A stretch of DNA of 64,000 bases from Auanema rhodensis (lineage: Eukaryota; Animalia; Nematoda), in assembly GCA_964057225.1 (NCBI GenBank), contig OZ059894.1, positions 16,306,001 to 16,370,000 of the forward strand, in the 5' to 3' direction. The notes under the pieces were generated by a model. It searched no databases. It was not told the DNA's origin and saw nothing but the letters and a program-made list of their open reading frames with translations. A program made the position numbers and the translations under genes. Each line of letters opens with the position of its first letter. Position 1 is the first letter of the stretch. Shown piece after piece: positions 1 through 14,683 of this stretch.

Positions 1-41
1 TTCGATGAAAAGCTTTTGAAAAGTTTAAAATAAAAAAGAAA

Positions 42-3000
42 ATGAGAATGATGAGGATTTTTGCTTACATTGTTATTGCTTTTTTTTCCTTTTTCTTTCA
101 AAGGGACAACATAATTAATATTGCGTGAAGGCATGTTTTTGGTGTTTGATAGGTCGTGTGAAAATTTATTTTCAAAAATGCAAAGAAGAATCTGTAGATA
201 ATGTTTCAAAAATTAATTCTCCAAATAGGAAGAAAAGGAAAATGGAAGCAAAACTATTATGTTTGTTGGCAAGTGGACTTTTCAAAAGCCAATTTCGAGT
301 AGGAAATGCTGTTGATCTGTATTGAGAAAAAGCTGACCTACATACATATGATGATGAAGTTAGCAGTTTGAAGACGAATGTGAACGAAAAAAAAATTCAA
401 ATACATTTTGCTGTATTTAAGTAAATAATATTCAGTTTATCCAAAAAATATCATTATTAAGCTTATAAACTCTTTTGTGTTCCATAAGCTGAGGAGAATA
501 TGCAAACCAATATAACCAAAATGACCGGAGACAGCTTCCCAACATGATTGCAAGCTTTCGGATCCTATGCTTTTTCTGAAAAATTTATATTCCTTCCTTC
601 AGAAAATTTTTTTTAGGTTTTATAAAAAAAGAAAAATGCCCTCACAATTAATGAACTTTAACAAGACATTTTGAAATATAATCTTTCTAAATTAACTTAT
701 TTCAGTAATGCTGACGCTAACTCGGATACTGAGATCATCAAACGACTTCTGAACAAAGGTTATGATTGGAGAGTTCGACCTCCTGGAATCAATCTGACTA
801 TTCCTGGTTTGTATTTTTGAGCTTAAACTAGAATTTGAACTTTGCCTTTTGAACTAAACGCGTATCTGTTTTCAGGAAGTCATGGACCTGTGGTCGTGAA
901 CGTTAACATGCTTATCAGAAGGTTTGAAATTTACTATTTACACGTCCGACCGACTATCTAATTAGATTCCTTTTCACAACATTTCCTCTAATTTCCATTC
1001 AACTTTCTAAAGTTTATGCAGAAATCTGCTTTTATATTTGTATATCCATATATAGCTTAAGGAGGGAAGTCTCAACATCTCAATTTACGCGTGAAATTTA
1101 AATCTTTTCTAACAGATTTGAGAAAAAGAAGTAAAAATTTCTTTGGAAACAAATCAATTAGAAAGAGTGAATAAATCACACAAAATCTATGAGAACATCA
1201 AATTTCTGAACTTAAATCAAATATTCTGATGATGTTCGGGTTTTATGAATGTTTAAAGATGAATAATCATTTAACTTGAACTCGAAAACATTAAATATTC
1301 TCTCTTGATTTTTGAAATATTTTTTTTTAAATAAAAAGAAAAAAAATGATATGAAGAAGTATTATTATCAAAAAAATATATTAATATTAAAAATGTTTTT
1401 AATTATAATAATTATATAAAATTATTTAATTATATAATTAAATTAAGTTTCTTTTATAATTTTTCTTTACAGTATATCTAAGATAGATGATGTTAATATG
1501 GAATACTCTGTTCAATTAACTTTTCGTGAAAGTTGGGTTGATGGACGTCTAGCTTATAGTACTCCAAACGATAACAGTCCTGATTTCTTAATTCTGACGG
1601 CTGGACAACAAATTTGGATGCCGGACAGCTTTTTTCAGGTTCATAGTGTTGCTTATAACATGTTGTTAAAATGAGTTCTCAATTTTAGAATGAAAAACAA
1701 GCTCAAAAGCATATGATTGATAAACCGAATGTTCTAATTCGAATTCATAAAAATGGTTTAATTCTATATTCAGTACGTATATCACTGGTGTTATCATGTC
1801 CAATGCATCTTCAGGTTTGTGTTTTAAACTTATATATATATATATATATATATAGTTATATATAAACAAGTGTGTTAATTGGAAAGCATAATGATGAATA
1901 GTTTGATGAAATAGTGGGGGGGGGGATGATTGGAAGGGCATGTAGTGAGAGATGAAGAGAAATCTGAGATATGCATACGTCTTAGAAGTACACCTAAAAT
2001 TTGTTATTTATTTAATGTATTATTAATAAATTTGAATTATATGTTATATATCTAATTAGTAAAAAGATATCTTATTATACTACGTTTGTATAATTATAAC
2101 TATATATATATATAGAAATACATATTTATAGAATAAGTTGAAAATATTATAAAACTTGTAATTTTCAGTATTATCCAATGGATGTTCAAACATGTTTGAT
2201 TGATTTAGCATCATACGCTTATACTGATAATGATATTGGTAGAATTTTTTCTTCTTTTAGTTTTTAGGTTTTATTTGAAAATATTACAGAATATAGATGG
2301 AAAGAAACAGATCCAGTTCAATTGAAAGAAGGTCTTAACTCATCTTTGCCTAGTTTTCAGTTGAATAAAGTTAGTATATTTGAATATTATATTCAAAATA
2401 TTATAAAAACTTTATTATTTGAAGTTAGATATAAGGGAATGAATATTTTAGGTTTCAACAACATACTGTACAAGTAAAACTAATACTGGAACATACTCAT
2501 GCTTACGTACAGTATTAGAACTGAAACGACAGTTCAGGTAAGAAAAACAAATAAAAAACAAAATTATTAATTATTATTGTTTAGTTATTACTTATTACAA
2601 TTATATATTCCATCAACTATGCTTGTTATTGTTTCTTGGGTCTCATTTTGGCTTGACCGATCAGCTGTTCCAGCTCGTGTGACATTAGGAGTTACCACAC
2701 TTCTAACAATGACCACACAGGTAAATTAAGATTGTAAATTCATATATTACTCTTATTGGTTACTTAGATGATTATCTTTTTTCTTGTATAATTAAATAAA
2801 AAATATATTATAGGCATCTGGTATAAATGCAAAACTACCTCCCGTCTCATATACAAAAGCTATTGATGTATGGATAGGTGCATGTTTAACTTTTATTTTT
2901 GGAGCATTATTGGAGTTTGCATGGGTAACATACATTAGTTCTAGATCATTTTATAAAGGTTTGTTTGTTTTGTTTTCAAAAAATTATCTTTTAAAACAAA

Positions 3001-3785
3001 TTTCGTTTGAAGGAGCTTCTGGATCAAGCAAAGGTGAAAACCTGAATTCATTACTCATTGCTAACAAACAAGTTATTTTATCCACAAACAATGTAAGAAC
3101 ATTTTTTCTAAGTTTTAAAAATAAAATGAAAAACATAATATTATTTTAAAAATTTGAAAGAAAAAAGAGAAAAAAAAAAGATTGAAAATGAATATCTTGC
3201 ATCATTAGAAGTAAACAACAACTCTCAGACACATTTGTAAATATACATGTGTGTTTTTAGCACTTTATGTACTTCTTACTCCTACAAGTACATGAATATA
3301 TTAATAAAATTAATATTTTTAACATTTTATTGAATTTCAAAGCGTAAATTCTCTTACATCTCGTTGTATTATAGCATGTTGATCTGCGGGCAACTGGAGA
3401 TGAAACAGAAGTTTGGATAAAACAAGAAAATAACTGCAACTATACTGAGCCAACGACTGAACTACTGGTAATTGGTGGAAAACGACGAAATAGGTTCATA
3501 CAATTATAATTTTTTAAAATTTTCAATTTAAATCTTTGAAGGAGATCTCAATTGAAAAGATTTTGGAAAAATTTATGGATTGTTCGTTGGGTAAAAGAAC
3601 AGTTATCACCATCAGATAGTGCTAAACGGGCTGATTTGATTTCACGTAAGTAGATTATACGAATTTATATTTGAAAATGAAAAAAAAAAATATTTATAGG
3701 TATTCTATTTCCTTTTCTATTTGTTTGTTTTAATTTCTTATACTGGAGTGCATATTCACGATATCAGACAACCGATTTAATATAA
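42..3785 (+). CDS. glc-3: Glutamate-gated chloride channel subunit (Cys-loop ligand-gated ion channel), GLC-3-like; 14 exons
   Basis: Exons 42-124, 706-806, 876-921, 1473-1638, 1689-1814, 2169-2238, 2290-2369, 2452-2537, 2585-2720, 2814-2958, 3013-3092, 3375-3493, 3542-3645 and 3700-3785 join in frame with GT-AG introns. The product has a putative signal peptide ([19 protein letters not shown]), [29 protein letters not shown], the Cys-loop [15 protein letters not shown], loop [15 protein letters not shown]2 [21 protein letters not shown]3 [23 protein letters not shown] and M4 RADLISRILFPFLF. Exon 1 is inferred from phase match only. Confidence 0.93.
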
Positions 3786-4500
3786 AATTAATTATATTAT
3801 TACCTTAAATATACATATAGATAACCTTTTTATTTTAAATTTATAATTAATGTTTTGATTTACAAAATATATTTGAATTTTGCAACATACATACATACTT
3901 ACACCTACATGTATGTATGTATGTTGATCTATCATTACTTGCTCTCTCTCAAATATTTTAATATATTTAAATGTTTTATTATAATTAATTATATTTTCTC
4001 GTTATGATTTAGTTTTTAATATCTTTTCTTGAGTTTTGTCTAGTTTCTGGTTATTCATTGTCTTTCTATTTATCTTTTTTAGAAACATTTGTTGATCCAT
4101 ATTTTTCAGAAATTAGAGAGGATATCTGAAATCATATCAAATTATAATCATCTCACTGTACCATATATTATCTATTTTTATTTTTTTTGTAAAGAAAAGC
4201 AAATCATATGAAAATAAGTTTTGATATGAAAAAAAAACAAAATTATATAATTCATATAAAGATTTTTGAATAAAATTACAATTGTTAACTTGTTGCCAAT
4301 TGATAATATAATATATTATATAATAAATCAATTAATATTGAGATTATTAATACAAACTATAAAGTTATTTTTAAAGTAAATAGTATAAGATTAATATATA
4401 TATTTGAAGTTTTTAATGATTTAATCAATATTAATATTATTTATAATTAATCTTTCATCTTGTTAGTATTACGATGCACATAAAAAAAACATTTCATCGT

Positions 4501-4613
4501 CATAGAAGTACCTGAAGTTCACATGTATTGATCAACACATCAGAATTGAAATACGTGATGTTTACGTCTGTTTATCTTTTCATTAGCATAGAAGTACGTG
4601 ATGTTCACGTGAG
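4501..4613. repeat. Degenerate tandem repeat (about 43 bp, 3 copies) carrying paired ACGTG cores
   Basis: catagaagtacctgaagttcacatgta / gaattgaaatacgtgatgtttacgtct / catagaagtacgtgatgttcacgtga. Confidence 0.7.
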
Positions 4614-5996
4614 TTTAACCTATCTTATTTAATATCAAATGAACAGGGTTGAACGGTTGCATATTTTCAATAGTTTCTACAATTCTCAAATAATAGTATC
4701 TTTCGAATTTAAAATTTAATCAATTCTCTTTTTTGATGTTGATTGATAAATAGTTTGTTTAAATGTTTATACGTAATCTATTTCAAATTTGAATTGTTGA
4801 AAACAATTTATATTATATTATAAGTTTATATTATGATTTACTATAACATTTTTATAAATTTTGTACAATTTTTTTATAAAAAAAATAAAAACCAAAAAAA
4901 AAACATTTAAAAACAAACAAAAAAACACAAATTTCAAACGATATCGGTTTGATTACTGTTGCAGAACAGAAAGAGATTAGCAGGACGAATTCAGGAAGTT
5001 TTTGGAAAGATTAGGACACGAATAATAATAATAATTATTGTAATTTGAAAAAAAAAACGAATAAAACAATTTCTTTTCTAAATAAATCATCTGTGACTTT
5101 GGAGAAAAACCTTTTCTATGTTTGTTTGGCGACTATTAAATTGAGGGAAAACTTTAGAATCACAACGAATGGCACAGGTTTACATAGTAATAAAATATTT
5201 TTCTAAACTATAGTTTGAATATAAGCCGAACTAGGTATTTTTTAGGCAACAAGTGGGAAACAGGATGACGGAGGGGGGAGGGAAGGTTTGAATGAAGGAA
5301 AGGGGTTTACGAATAAAGGGGGATGCGTTGAGGAAGATAGAAAAAAAACAGAAAGAATATATATATAACAAATAAAAGAAAAATCCTTCTGATTTTGACA
5401 ACATTTTCTAATATAAATTATAATATTAATGACGATGTTTGGTGATGATATTGGTCTTGAGAAGAAGTAGATAAAGAGAAAATGTATATAGATTCCTAAG
5501 CGTCTCCTAATAGAAGATGAAAATATTTTAAAAAATCAAAAAGAATGCCTAATATGAATGATGAGAGAAGTTTCCCTGAACGTGTTTCGAGCAATATGAT
5601 GACATGGTAGTTAGAAGAGTTGAATGATCATGAATGAAGGCTTTGTTTTGTGTTATATGTGTATGGGGAAGTTTAGCTGTAATGGATTTGATGAGCTGAA
5701 TACGTCGCTGATCAACTGTGTCAATCAGTATTTCAGATGACGATAACGATAAATGAAATCATCAAAGAAAAATATAATTATCTTCAAGGATGAGGAATGA
5801 GGATGGACGACGGACGGCACACCGAACAGACAAACGGGCAGATACCGTCAGAACTGCTAAGCAAGATTCACGAACACCCGGATATGATCAAGAAAACAAT
5901 GAACATCAGAGATTATTAAAAGGTATAGACAAGTCTAGAGTGAGCAAGAGATGCGATCAGGTGACATCAGAAGATAAGCTTCTTATCAACGTCCAA

Positions 5997-8900
5997 TCAC
6001 AGATAGTTACCGTAGTTGTAATGCATCTGCTGATGTGACGGCGGCAAGGACTGGGGAGGCATCATCTGTAAATTCATTGATTAGTTTCAAGGAGAAGACA
6101 ACAATATTAACAGTGATTATTTCATTAATTTACTTAGAAAAACTATTTTTAAATAATTTGTGAACGAACCATATGAGGTTGTTGCTGCATTTGCGTTTGA
6201 TGCAAAGGTGTTTGTTGCAGCTGATTCGTGTTGAGGCCATTTGGAAGAGGACCCGTATTTCCAGGCAAAGGTTGTGGCTGACCATTAGGAGGCAGAGAGC
6301 CATCCGTTTTGGGTCTGGGCTTACGTCCTCTGGTGGAATTCATTTTGTGAGCTTGCAACCTATCCATCATTTCATCTTTACTGATTCCTAGTGCTGAAGC
6401 TCGCATCGACTCAAGCTTTCGATCCCATTCTAAAATAAAAATAGAATTATATTTCTGGATAAAGATATATCCAAAAAAAAAAAAAAATTTCAAAGTCAGA
6501 CTAAACTGACTATTCTGCTATTGCATGTATTATTTCTATTACTATATGTGCTGTGATAATAACATTTTCTAACTTTTTCGTGATTGAAATCAAGAAAATT
6601 ATTTTAAGCACAAACAAACTTGAAACAAAAACTTATATAAATTAATTCGTTACAGAAAAAACTTAGAAAACTTAACATAAACACATAAGCTTATACTAAC
6701 TGCTTATATACGACACAAGAAGCATTAATCTGCGTGAATTTCGTGTTAAAATGTTGAAAAGCATTAGGTAAAGAATCACAAACAAACATACAAACAAACA
6801 AAAAATTGTGAATGTTTATTAAACAGAACGAAAAAAACTGTATGTGACAGTCAACAAGGTGAGAATAATATTAAATTAAAATAGAAAAAAATTGTAAGTG
6901 TGCACAGATATAAATTGTTAAATATATGTATATATATATATATAAGATCTCAAAAATGATTTTTGTATATTAGACTCGTGCATAATTTCAATATAAAAAA
7001 CAAAAAAATGAATGAATGATGATGATGATGAAGGACGAGACGAAATATTTTATTTTATCAAATTGGTAATTATACGAATTGCGGGTGGAATTTGCTTGAG
7101 AATGGAGAATTCTAGTACTACAACTACTTCTACTTTCTCTACTACTACTGCCAATACTTTTGAAGTTTTTAATTATATGATATATGAATTGAATGACATG
7201 GATTTATATTTAGAAAGTTAATGTAAAACCCTTTTCTTAGATAGAGAGATAGACAAAGAGCGGGCGAAAGATAGAAGGAAATGAGATTTTATGCAATTTG
7301 GATTTGAATCCCGACAAAAATGTATTCTTCATTTAATAATGAAAGAAAGATTAGAGTTATACGTTTTGTTTTTGATAAATAGTTTAAGAACTATCAGTAA
7401 AAACGGAAGAATTTTATTATAAAAATTCAGAAAAGTAAGGAAAGAATGGAGAAAAACGAGATCCAAACTTCTATTAGATATTCCTAAAATTATTATCTAG
7501 TAACTTAGTAAGCTCTACAGCTACTAAACATCTAATCTCTTTCAAGAATATGAAGATACTTAAAGAAAAATAACGGAAACAGTTGCTTAGAATTATCTGA
7601 ATACTTGATGATACGATATGAAAGTTCATCAGGTATCCGAAGATGGACTAGTACAAGCAGCTGAACCAGGCACAAACGGATATTTGAAGAGTACAGTATA
7701 CAATCAAAATCTAAGTTATTAATCAAAAGACCGATGTGGACCCAAACAACACAAAAAAGCAGTTAATATGATGGAAAATAAAAGGTTTTAAGTTGGAATA
7801 TTGCTTTGGAAAGTTACCTGAGTTCAAAGAATAGCTATGAAGTCTTGAAGCTGTATAAGGACTAAAAAATGATAATATAAGACTTTCCAAACAATTTTCC
7901 AAGCTAAAGCTTTAGTAAGCCATCAAATCAAGGGAGTGAACAAACCAAAAATTAGGAAAAAAGCGCAAATAAAGCCATTTGATAGGTGTCAGAACATAAC
8001 TCATATGAACACTATACGTAAACAGCACAAGCTAATAAGAGTGATTTGGTGATTATGATGTTGATTTGGTGTAGTAGTGAGAATTGTTGTTGTTGTTGTT
8101 GTGTATGTGATTGGGTGACCAGTATAGTAGGTAGGCTTCTGGCTATCTGAGAGAGTTAGCGGACGACGATTCGAACACGAAATATGGACACGATATGACG
8201 ATATGTTTGTAAATTAGGTGATTAGGCTGTGCTAGACAGAGATAGATAGAGAGAAAAGGTGGGGATAGTAATAAAACTTTTAAAAATAAATAGAAAAGAA
8301 GAAAATTGCAACTCTAAGCAGATCTAAAGAGACAAAAAATGCGGAATTAACCTTTCAGATCTTTGCATTCAGGAGCTGGATGACATGTATTCAGATGTCG
8401 TTTCATATTGCCTTTGTAGATGGTCACGAAATCACATTGGCCGCAAATGTATGCGTCCTGTAAGTGGAGTTATACAACGATGAATCAATGAAATGAGAAA
8501 AATAGTTATTAAATTACAAATCGTATGCAATTCTATTATAATAGAATGAAATTCGAATTGAAACAGTCTAGCTTTACCTCGGGAGGTTCGCTGTCTTTTC
8601 GAATTCCATTTGGTGGGGAGGGATCAGTTGGTAGCTGAACGGCAGAATTCTCCTCGTTCATGGTTGGTAGAAACGTTGTCGTCGTAACTCCGTTGAGTCC
8701 ATTCTGAGTTGGCATCATGTTCATATTTGGAGAAACTGAAAAATAGAATTTGATGATTGATTGGTTATGGACAGTTATCGAATGGGTGATAGATTGTAGG
8801 TTTTAGGTTAGGTAATTGTGAAATTAGCTTACTAGGCTCAAAACCGTCTTGCAGTATGGCAGGAGGTCCATCATCGGCACGCTTCTTGCCTCGTTTTCGG

Positions 8901-11900
8901 TCTTTTTCCTTATCCGGACGTGGTCGCCGAGTTCCCGTATTATTTTTTCCACATTGATTAATGTGTCGTCTAATATTTCCCTGAAAATGAAATAAATAAT
9001 GAGAATAGTTTGAATGATATTACTAAGTAGTATTATTATATATAATATAGTTAAAACATACTTTATAATGACTAATAAACCGATCACAATATGGGCATAC
9101 TGGACTCAGTCCATCCTGGCCATTCGTCAGCGCACCGGCTTTCAGAGCAGATTCCGTTCCTGGGGCAATCGGATTTGCACCGGCAGCAACTTGATCCAAA
9201 TAATTTCGTCCTAAAATAAAGGATTAATTTTTGATAATGATTAGAAAATATATAAAAAAATTAAAATGGAACATACCTATGATTTCCCGGCACTTCTCAT
9301 TTCGTCCGATGTGTCCTGTCAAGCTGCGGCGTGAGGGATATACGCCTTTACAAGCCAAGCACATGACTCGCACATCTTCTCCAGAACCTTGGAGTTTCTG
9401 AAATCCGAACGGAAGGCTGTCTTCTGGAATCGGCTTTCCGGAAGACGCACGAACCTCGCCATCCGAGACTCCGGAACCATGAGTTTGCGTTCCGTTTGCT
9501 TGTCCGTCATTCATGGGACTTGTGTCACCGCGTGAGGAATCGCTGCTAACAAGAGGAGAATTGTAAGTTGAGAAAAGATTTGGCGACACGGATGGTACAT
9601 TTCTGAAAGCAGGCTTTCATCCATACCGCTGTCTTGCCGAAGGACGATATTTAAAGTTCAGCTCGAAGTTTTGTAGAAAATTAAGATGATGCATCTCACA
9701 ATTGGAACAAGATGTTGTGTTTCAAATCAAAACTTTGAGCTGAAGCCTGAAAATGTCGTCACGACGAACTTACCGATTATAGTTACAGTTGTTTCTTTGA
9801 TTCATTTTTGCATTTTGTACATCGGTTCGCCCAGGATGAGAAGGGTTCGGCCTCAGAATTTGATTAGTCTGCGCAGTTGCGGCTGAGGGAACACCAAATG
9901 TTTGAGCAACCTATCAATGATTTCGAATTAAAATAAGGATTAAGAAAAAATCTGGCTTACTTTGTTAAGCGGTAAGCTTTGGTTGTTGTGTGGAAGTGGC
10001 TGAGCAAGTTGTTGATATGGTAACATGAATGGATTTTGACCCGGATATAACCTATATGGCATAGCCTGAGGCGTTTCAAATCGTGGCATTCTGAAAATTA
10101 AAAAATATAATTACTAACCATAATGCAGATTATAATGATAAAAACATATATTAAATTTGTTTAAAACTCACGCATTATCTATGGAAGGATCGTATAATCC
10201 CGGGACAATGGGGGTTGATGTAGTCTGGTCAAAGAAGAGCCCGGATCCTACTGAAAATAAATATTTTTAAATAAAAAAATTGTAATTTGTCCTTGATTCA
10301 ATCTTATAGTTAAATTATATGAAGAAGAAAATATTTTCATAAAAACTGGGTGAGTGTGCAAATCACGTGAAACGTGAAAATCCTATTCAAACTGGCAAGA
10401 CGCCATTGAACGGTTGTACATAGTAGTATAGTAAACTTTAAAATATATGTTTTAAATATTTATAAACTATATAGATTATCATGATATTATATTTTGCAAA
10501 TTAAAAATAACTTTAAACTCACCATTCGGTTTTTGCTCACTCCACTGATCAGGAAAAGGTGTAGCAGCATCTCCACCACTCAGCATAGCAAATGTGGAAC
10601 TGAAAAAGGTAAGATATAAAATATATGAAACATATATTTATAACCATACATATAGTGATAATAAATTAAATAATAAAAAAAAATATATATATTAAATGAA
10701 TACCTGAATAGTTCGGATGTGCCTGACACTGAACTATTGGTAGGAAACTGCCAGTGGAATGGATCCATTGCCGATGTCAATGACTGAAAATATTGATAGA
10801 TGAAATTAAATACATATACTTTATTATTTGAATTTAATTTTTTATATTCATTTATGTTAAAAAAAAGAAAAATTTAGTATAAGAATTAGAAGTCAAATAA
10901 AATATTTTTAAGGGAATTATTGATATATAACTAAATTATAATTAAATATGTGTATGTATGTGTATGTTATTTGAAATATATTTATGTACAATGTTTTGCA
11001 GATGATTTAACTATAATCAATTGCCCTTAACATCAGGTTCTAGTACATTAGAGCTCACCCCTCTCATCATACATCTATACCAGTACCTTACAGCATAAGT
11101 TCCAAGTTCTTTTTTTTGATCTTGTAAAGAACTGTTGACCGGAAATATTGATTACAACTATGTAGAGTTGATCTAATAAAGCCAGAATTACCTCTAGTAA
11201 AATCTTTATCTATATCAACAATTCTAATTATTATCAGATTCATGTGTGATGCTTATCAGAAACCTTACATTCAACGATGACGACAACTTGTCATCATCTC
11301 GAAATATATATGTCCTCTTAAGTGTCTTACATGCAATGCGTGAAGTAAGTCACAAGCTCCTGACCATATAGAGAGAAATTAACGAATGACCACTTCATCA
11401 CTTTATCGTTCACACCACCAGCACCAGTTGGAACCAGAAGACCCTAACTAGCCGTCGTCAGTACTCGCTTCATTTAGTCTCTGGTCATCATTTATTCTGT
11501 TAAGAAGAACAGATCTTATCAGTGACATTTCAAGGGCAATCCAATCGATCTGCCATTTTCAGCAGTCATTTATCAATCCTCTTCTCGCTCAATGAAAAAA
11601 AAATCTTTTCCATTCGTGTGTCTGCATATACATATGCGTGTTTCTCGTATAATCTCGTCGATCTAATCGCTGACGTTTCAATAATCAGAGTAACACCTTC
11701 ATTAGACTACGAAAATTTGAACCAGTTTCTTGACCGGTTTCCGGAATATCCCGAATTGAGATGTAAATCAGATAACCTTACAGTTCGACATCAGATGATG
11801 AAACTACAACTGTCAGTGGTTTTGAAGAATCAATTTATAATTTGAGAAGACTAATTACTTGAAATACCTAGGTGTTTCATGAAGATTAATCTTTTTAAAA

Positions 11901-14683
11901 ACAAAATATAGATATTGATTCTTAGTAAATAAATGTATAAAAGACTTCAATTATGAGAATAAAATTAATAAAAACTTAAAAAGGAAGAATAATTACTGTT
12001 GCATTCATGATCGAGTAGTTCAAGTTTTTTGGCATCTAACTTAGTCTGGAACTTGTTTGAAGTTCTTGAACAAACGAATCATATATACGAAATATGCAAT
12101 TAATAAAATTAAGAAAGTATTTGCAGGAAAAATAAACTATATAGCATAGAATATGAATCAAGTTACTAGTTGACAAGATTTCTGTTCAATTACTCAAACA
12201 TCCAACAGGCGTCAATGCCATAAAATTTGCTCAAAGGGTCGGCAACAGTTGTACTTATAACTTTATATAGTTAATTGTAAAATATGTAATTAGACAGAAA
12301 AATACTATATACGGTAATTATACAATCGCTTGTGTTGTTCTAACTATAATTAGGATATAGAGAATACGTGTAGATAGTTCAGATGAAGAACGCTGCTGAG
12401 CATGATATTTGTGATCGATTATGAGCCATAGCTATATTCTTTGTCGTATCACCATAAATAAGTAAAGTAGTGCAAATTTACTACGATGAGATTCTTAAAA
12501 TTTTGCATTCCAGTTATACTAAAATATATATAAAAACTGGAATAACCTGGTCAGTAAAGGGTCAAGGTCTAGCCTCTAAGACATCTTACTAGTCTTTCTA
12601 CGGCTAATATGGATGGATATATCATATAACACTATATAAACTATACACGTGTAGGTTAATTACTTTGAGTTTTAATTGGAATGATATGAAAAATATTTAA
12701 AATAATATGAATTATTGTGCATAATAGCAGCACAAATATGAATGAACTATTGTTGCTTTCTCGTTTGCACACTGCAACTTTCCCTCATTTTGAATTGTAA
12801 AAAGTTTGCTATGATAAATACATATGAAAGTGATTAGAGTAATCAGAATAATCAGAGACATCAATGTTTACAAACCAAATAATTCCAAACTATTGTTTCA
12901 ACATGCTTAGATCTCATCGTATTTTCATGTTTTATCTGATATCCGTTTGAGATTTTTTTTGGAAAAAAAGACGTTGAGGATTGATGAGATTGAGGCTGAA
13001 CAGTCTGAAGGACTGTCTGTGAGGCTGTTTATTCGATAGCTATATTATTTGCAAATCGATGGGCAAACAGCAAAAAGTACAGCTCACTCAGGGGTAGACC
13101 GGCGATATACACACATATACACAAAGGAATTGAAGAAGTAGCCAGATAGAGAGAACGAGAGTATGAAAACTATAGAGAGGGAAGGGAAGGTAGAAGGTTG
13201 TGGGAAGAACTACATAAGAAACAGAGAGATTGAGATAGTCTCAGAGAGATAAAGAGGAAGAACACAACCTTTGTGCGTTTGCATTGCAGAAAATAAATGA
13301 GCGTATCCGTACGTGAAGCTCACGCAAAATTCTAATTGCATCGTTAACGTGTTCAAGCTGCTCAAAATGAATAAGCAATGGAAGTGCAACAAAACAGAAT
13401 AAAAAAAACAGGAAATGATTACAATATTTTGGAAAAATTATGATAACAATCTTTGAAAAATATTAAAAATATTGGAAAAATAGCTTTCAATGCATATATT
13501 ATTTGAATAAAATATAATAAATCAATAACTATATGAATATAGAAAATAATATTGTATTATAGTATATATACTATATACTAGCTAGAATAAATAGAATGAT
13601 GTATTGTGAACTACTAGACGAATGAAATGTTTCTACAACTTTCTATATACATATGTATGTATGTATATGTACGTAAGTTAGTTAGATGTTCCATAAAAGG
13701 TGTCAGTACTTGAGGTCGGCCAACCCTGTTTTGCATAATGCAATCACGTAATCGCCTCTTGACAACTAGAGCTGCGCTTTTTCTCATTCTTTATGCTTCA
13801 TTCGATAATCGTGTTTAGTTAGATATTAGGTTTTATTTCACTAAATCACGACAATGACTGTGCTAATGATAATGATGTGCTTGAAATGTTTTTTTTTCAA
13901 AACTTGAAACAAAGAGATACAAAAAACATTAGAAAATGAGAGAGAAGGAGAGAGAAAGAGAGACCTCCTGGTCAGATTTATATGTAAAATTAAGAGAAAA
14001 CTTTAAGAGAGAAAGGAAAGAGAAATAGAGAGAGAAAAGATAAGAGGAGGAGCTACGAAACCTAGACAGTGGTGACCAATGACTTACGTACGTCTGGCAG
14101 ACGGTGGTGCCATGGACTCATTAGATTGACAGCTACGACAGCGCATCGGAACCCAAATACGAAAATCTCATAAAACGCTATTAGCTAGTTAAAACTCGTT
14201 TCAGTGACACTAAGGCTGATGCTTTTGGGGGTGAATCTATCCAATTGTCGACGACGATCACGTCCGTGTCGACAACGATAGTTGGAAGCAGTGCTGGTGA
14301 TGGTTTGGACGCTGATTGCGGCGACGACGATCACGTCGATAACGACGCTCACGGGAACATGGTAGCTAGGTTACTTCTACGATAATGACTACGATAGCGT
14401 TAACGCATTCCAATCATTTCTCATCGACACACGTATAGAAAATAGGTGAATTTGGTGTAGACGAATAGTATGAACTACAGTTAGAGCATTGCTCAAGCTC
14501 AGTCAAACAAGGAGTACTAGACGATAAAAAAGGAATTGATTAGACTAATACTAACAAGTATGTTATTTTCATAATTTTAATGTTGAAAAATGAGAAAAAA
14601 TAAAAAAAAAGTATAAGTGAACTTACCACGCCATTGATGTTATTATTCATCTCACTGTCACCACCCAGTAGCTGTCTGAGCAT
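5997..14683 (-). CDS. somi-1: Nematode C2H2 zinc-finger transcription factor, SOMI-1-like; at least 13 exons
   Basis: Minus-strand exons 14627-14683, 10704-10783, 10523-10599, 10172-10250, 9961-10090, 9774-9910, 9277-9602, 9062-9210, 8833-8980, 8578-8735, 8352-8457, 6170-6429 and 5997-6065 join in frame. They encode VMCLACKGVYPSRRSLTGHIGRNEKC, VCPYCDRFISHYKGNIRRHINQC and YICGQCDFVTIYKGNMKRHLNTCHP, followed by an AT-hook-like RGRKPRPK and a Q/P-rich tail. The gene model is firm; the symbol is recalled and less certain. Confidence 0.8.
11997..12035 (-). CDS. Candidate alternative first exon of the zinc-finger gene (MPKNLNYSIMNAT)
   Basis: Acceptor-like gttag directly before the ATG, 13 codons, then a phase-0 donor gtaatt compatible with the exon starting at 10783. 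Confidence 0.4.

Noticed and set aside
3001-3005. Another TTTCG near a glc-3 acceptor
   Set aside because: Using it gives an immediate TGA stop; the AAG 7 nt downstream keeps the frame.
5790-6038. 82-aa plus-strand ORF
   Set aside because: Overlaps the last exon and 3' UTR of the zinc-finger gene in antisense; no recognisable domain.
6173-6391. Plus-strand ORF (also 9014-9214, 9686-9886, 33004-33252)
   Set aside because: Antisense shadows of real minus-strand exons.
11522-11845. 107-aa ORF antisense within the zinc-finger gene intron
   Set aside because: Non-ATG start, no motif, and no transposon-like termini seen.
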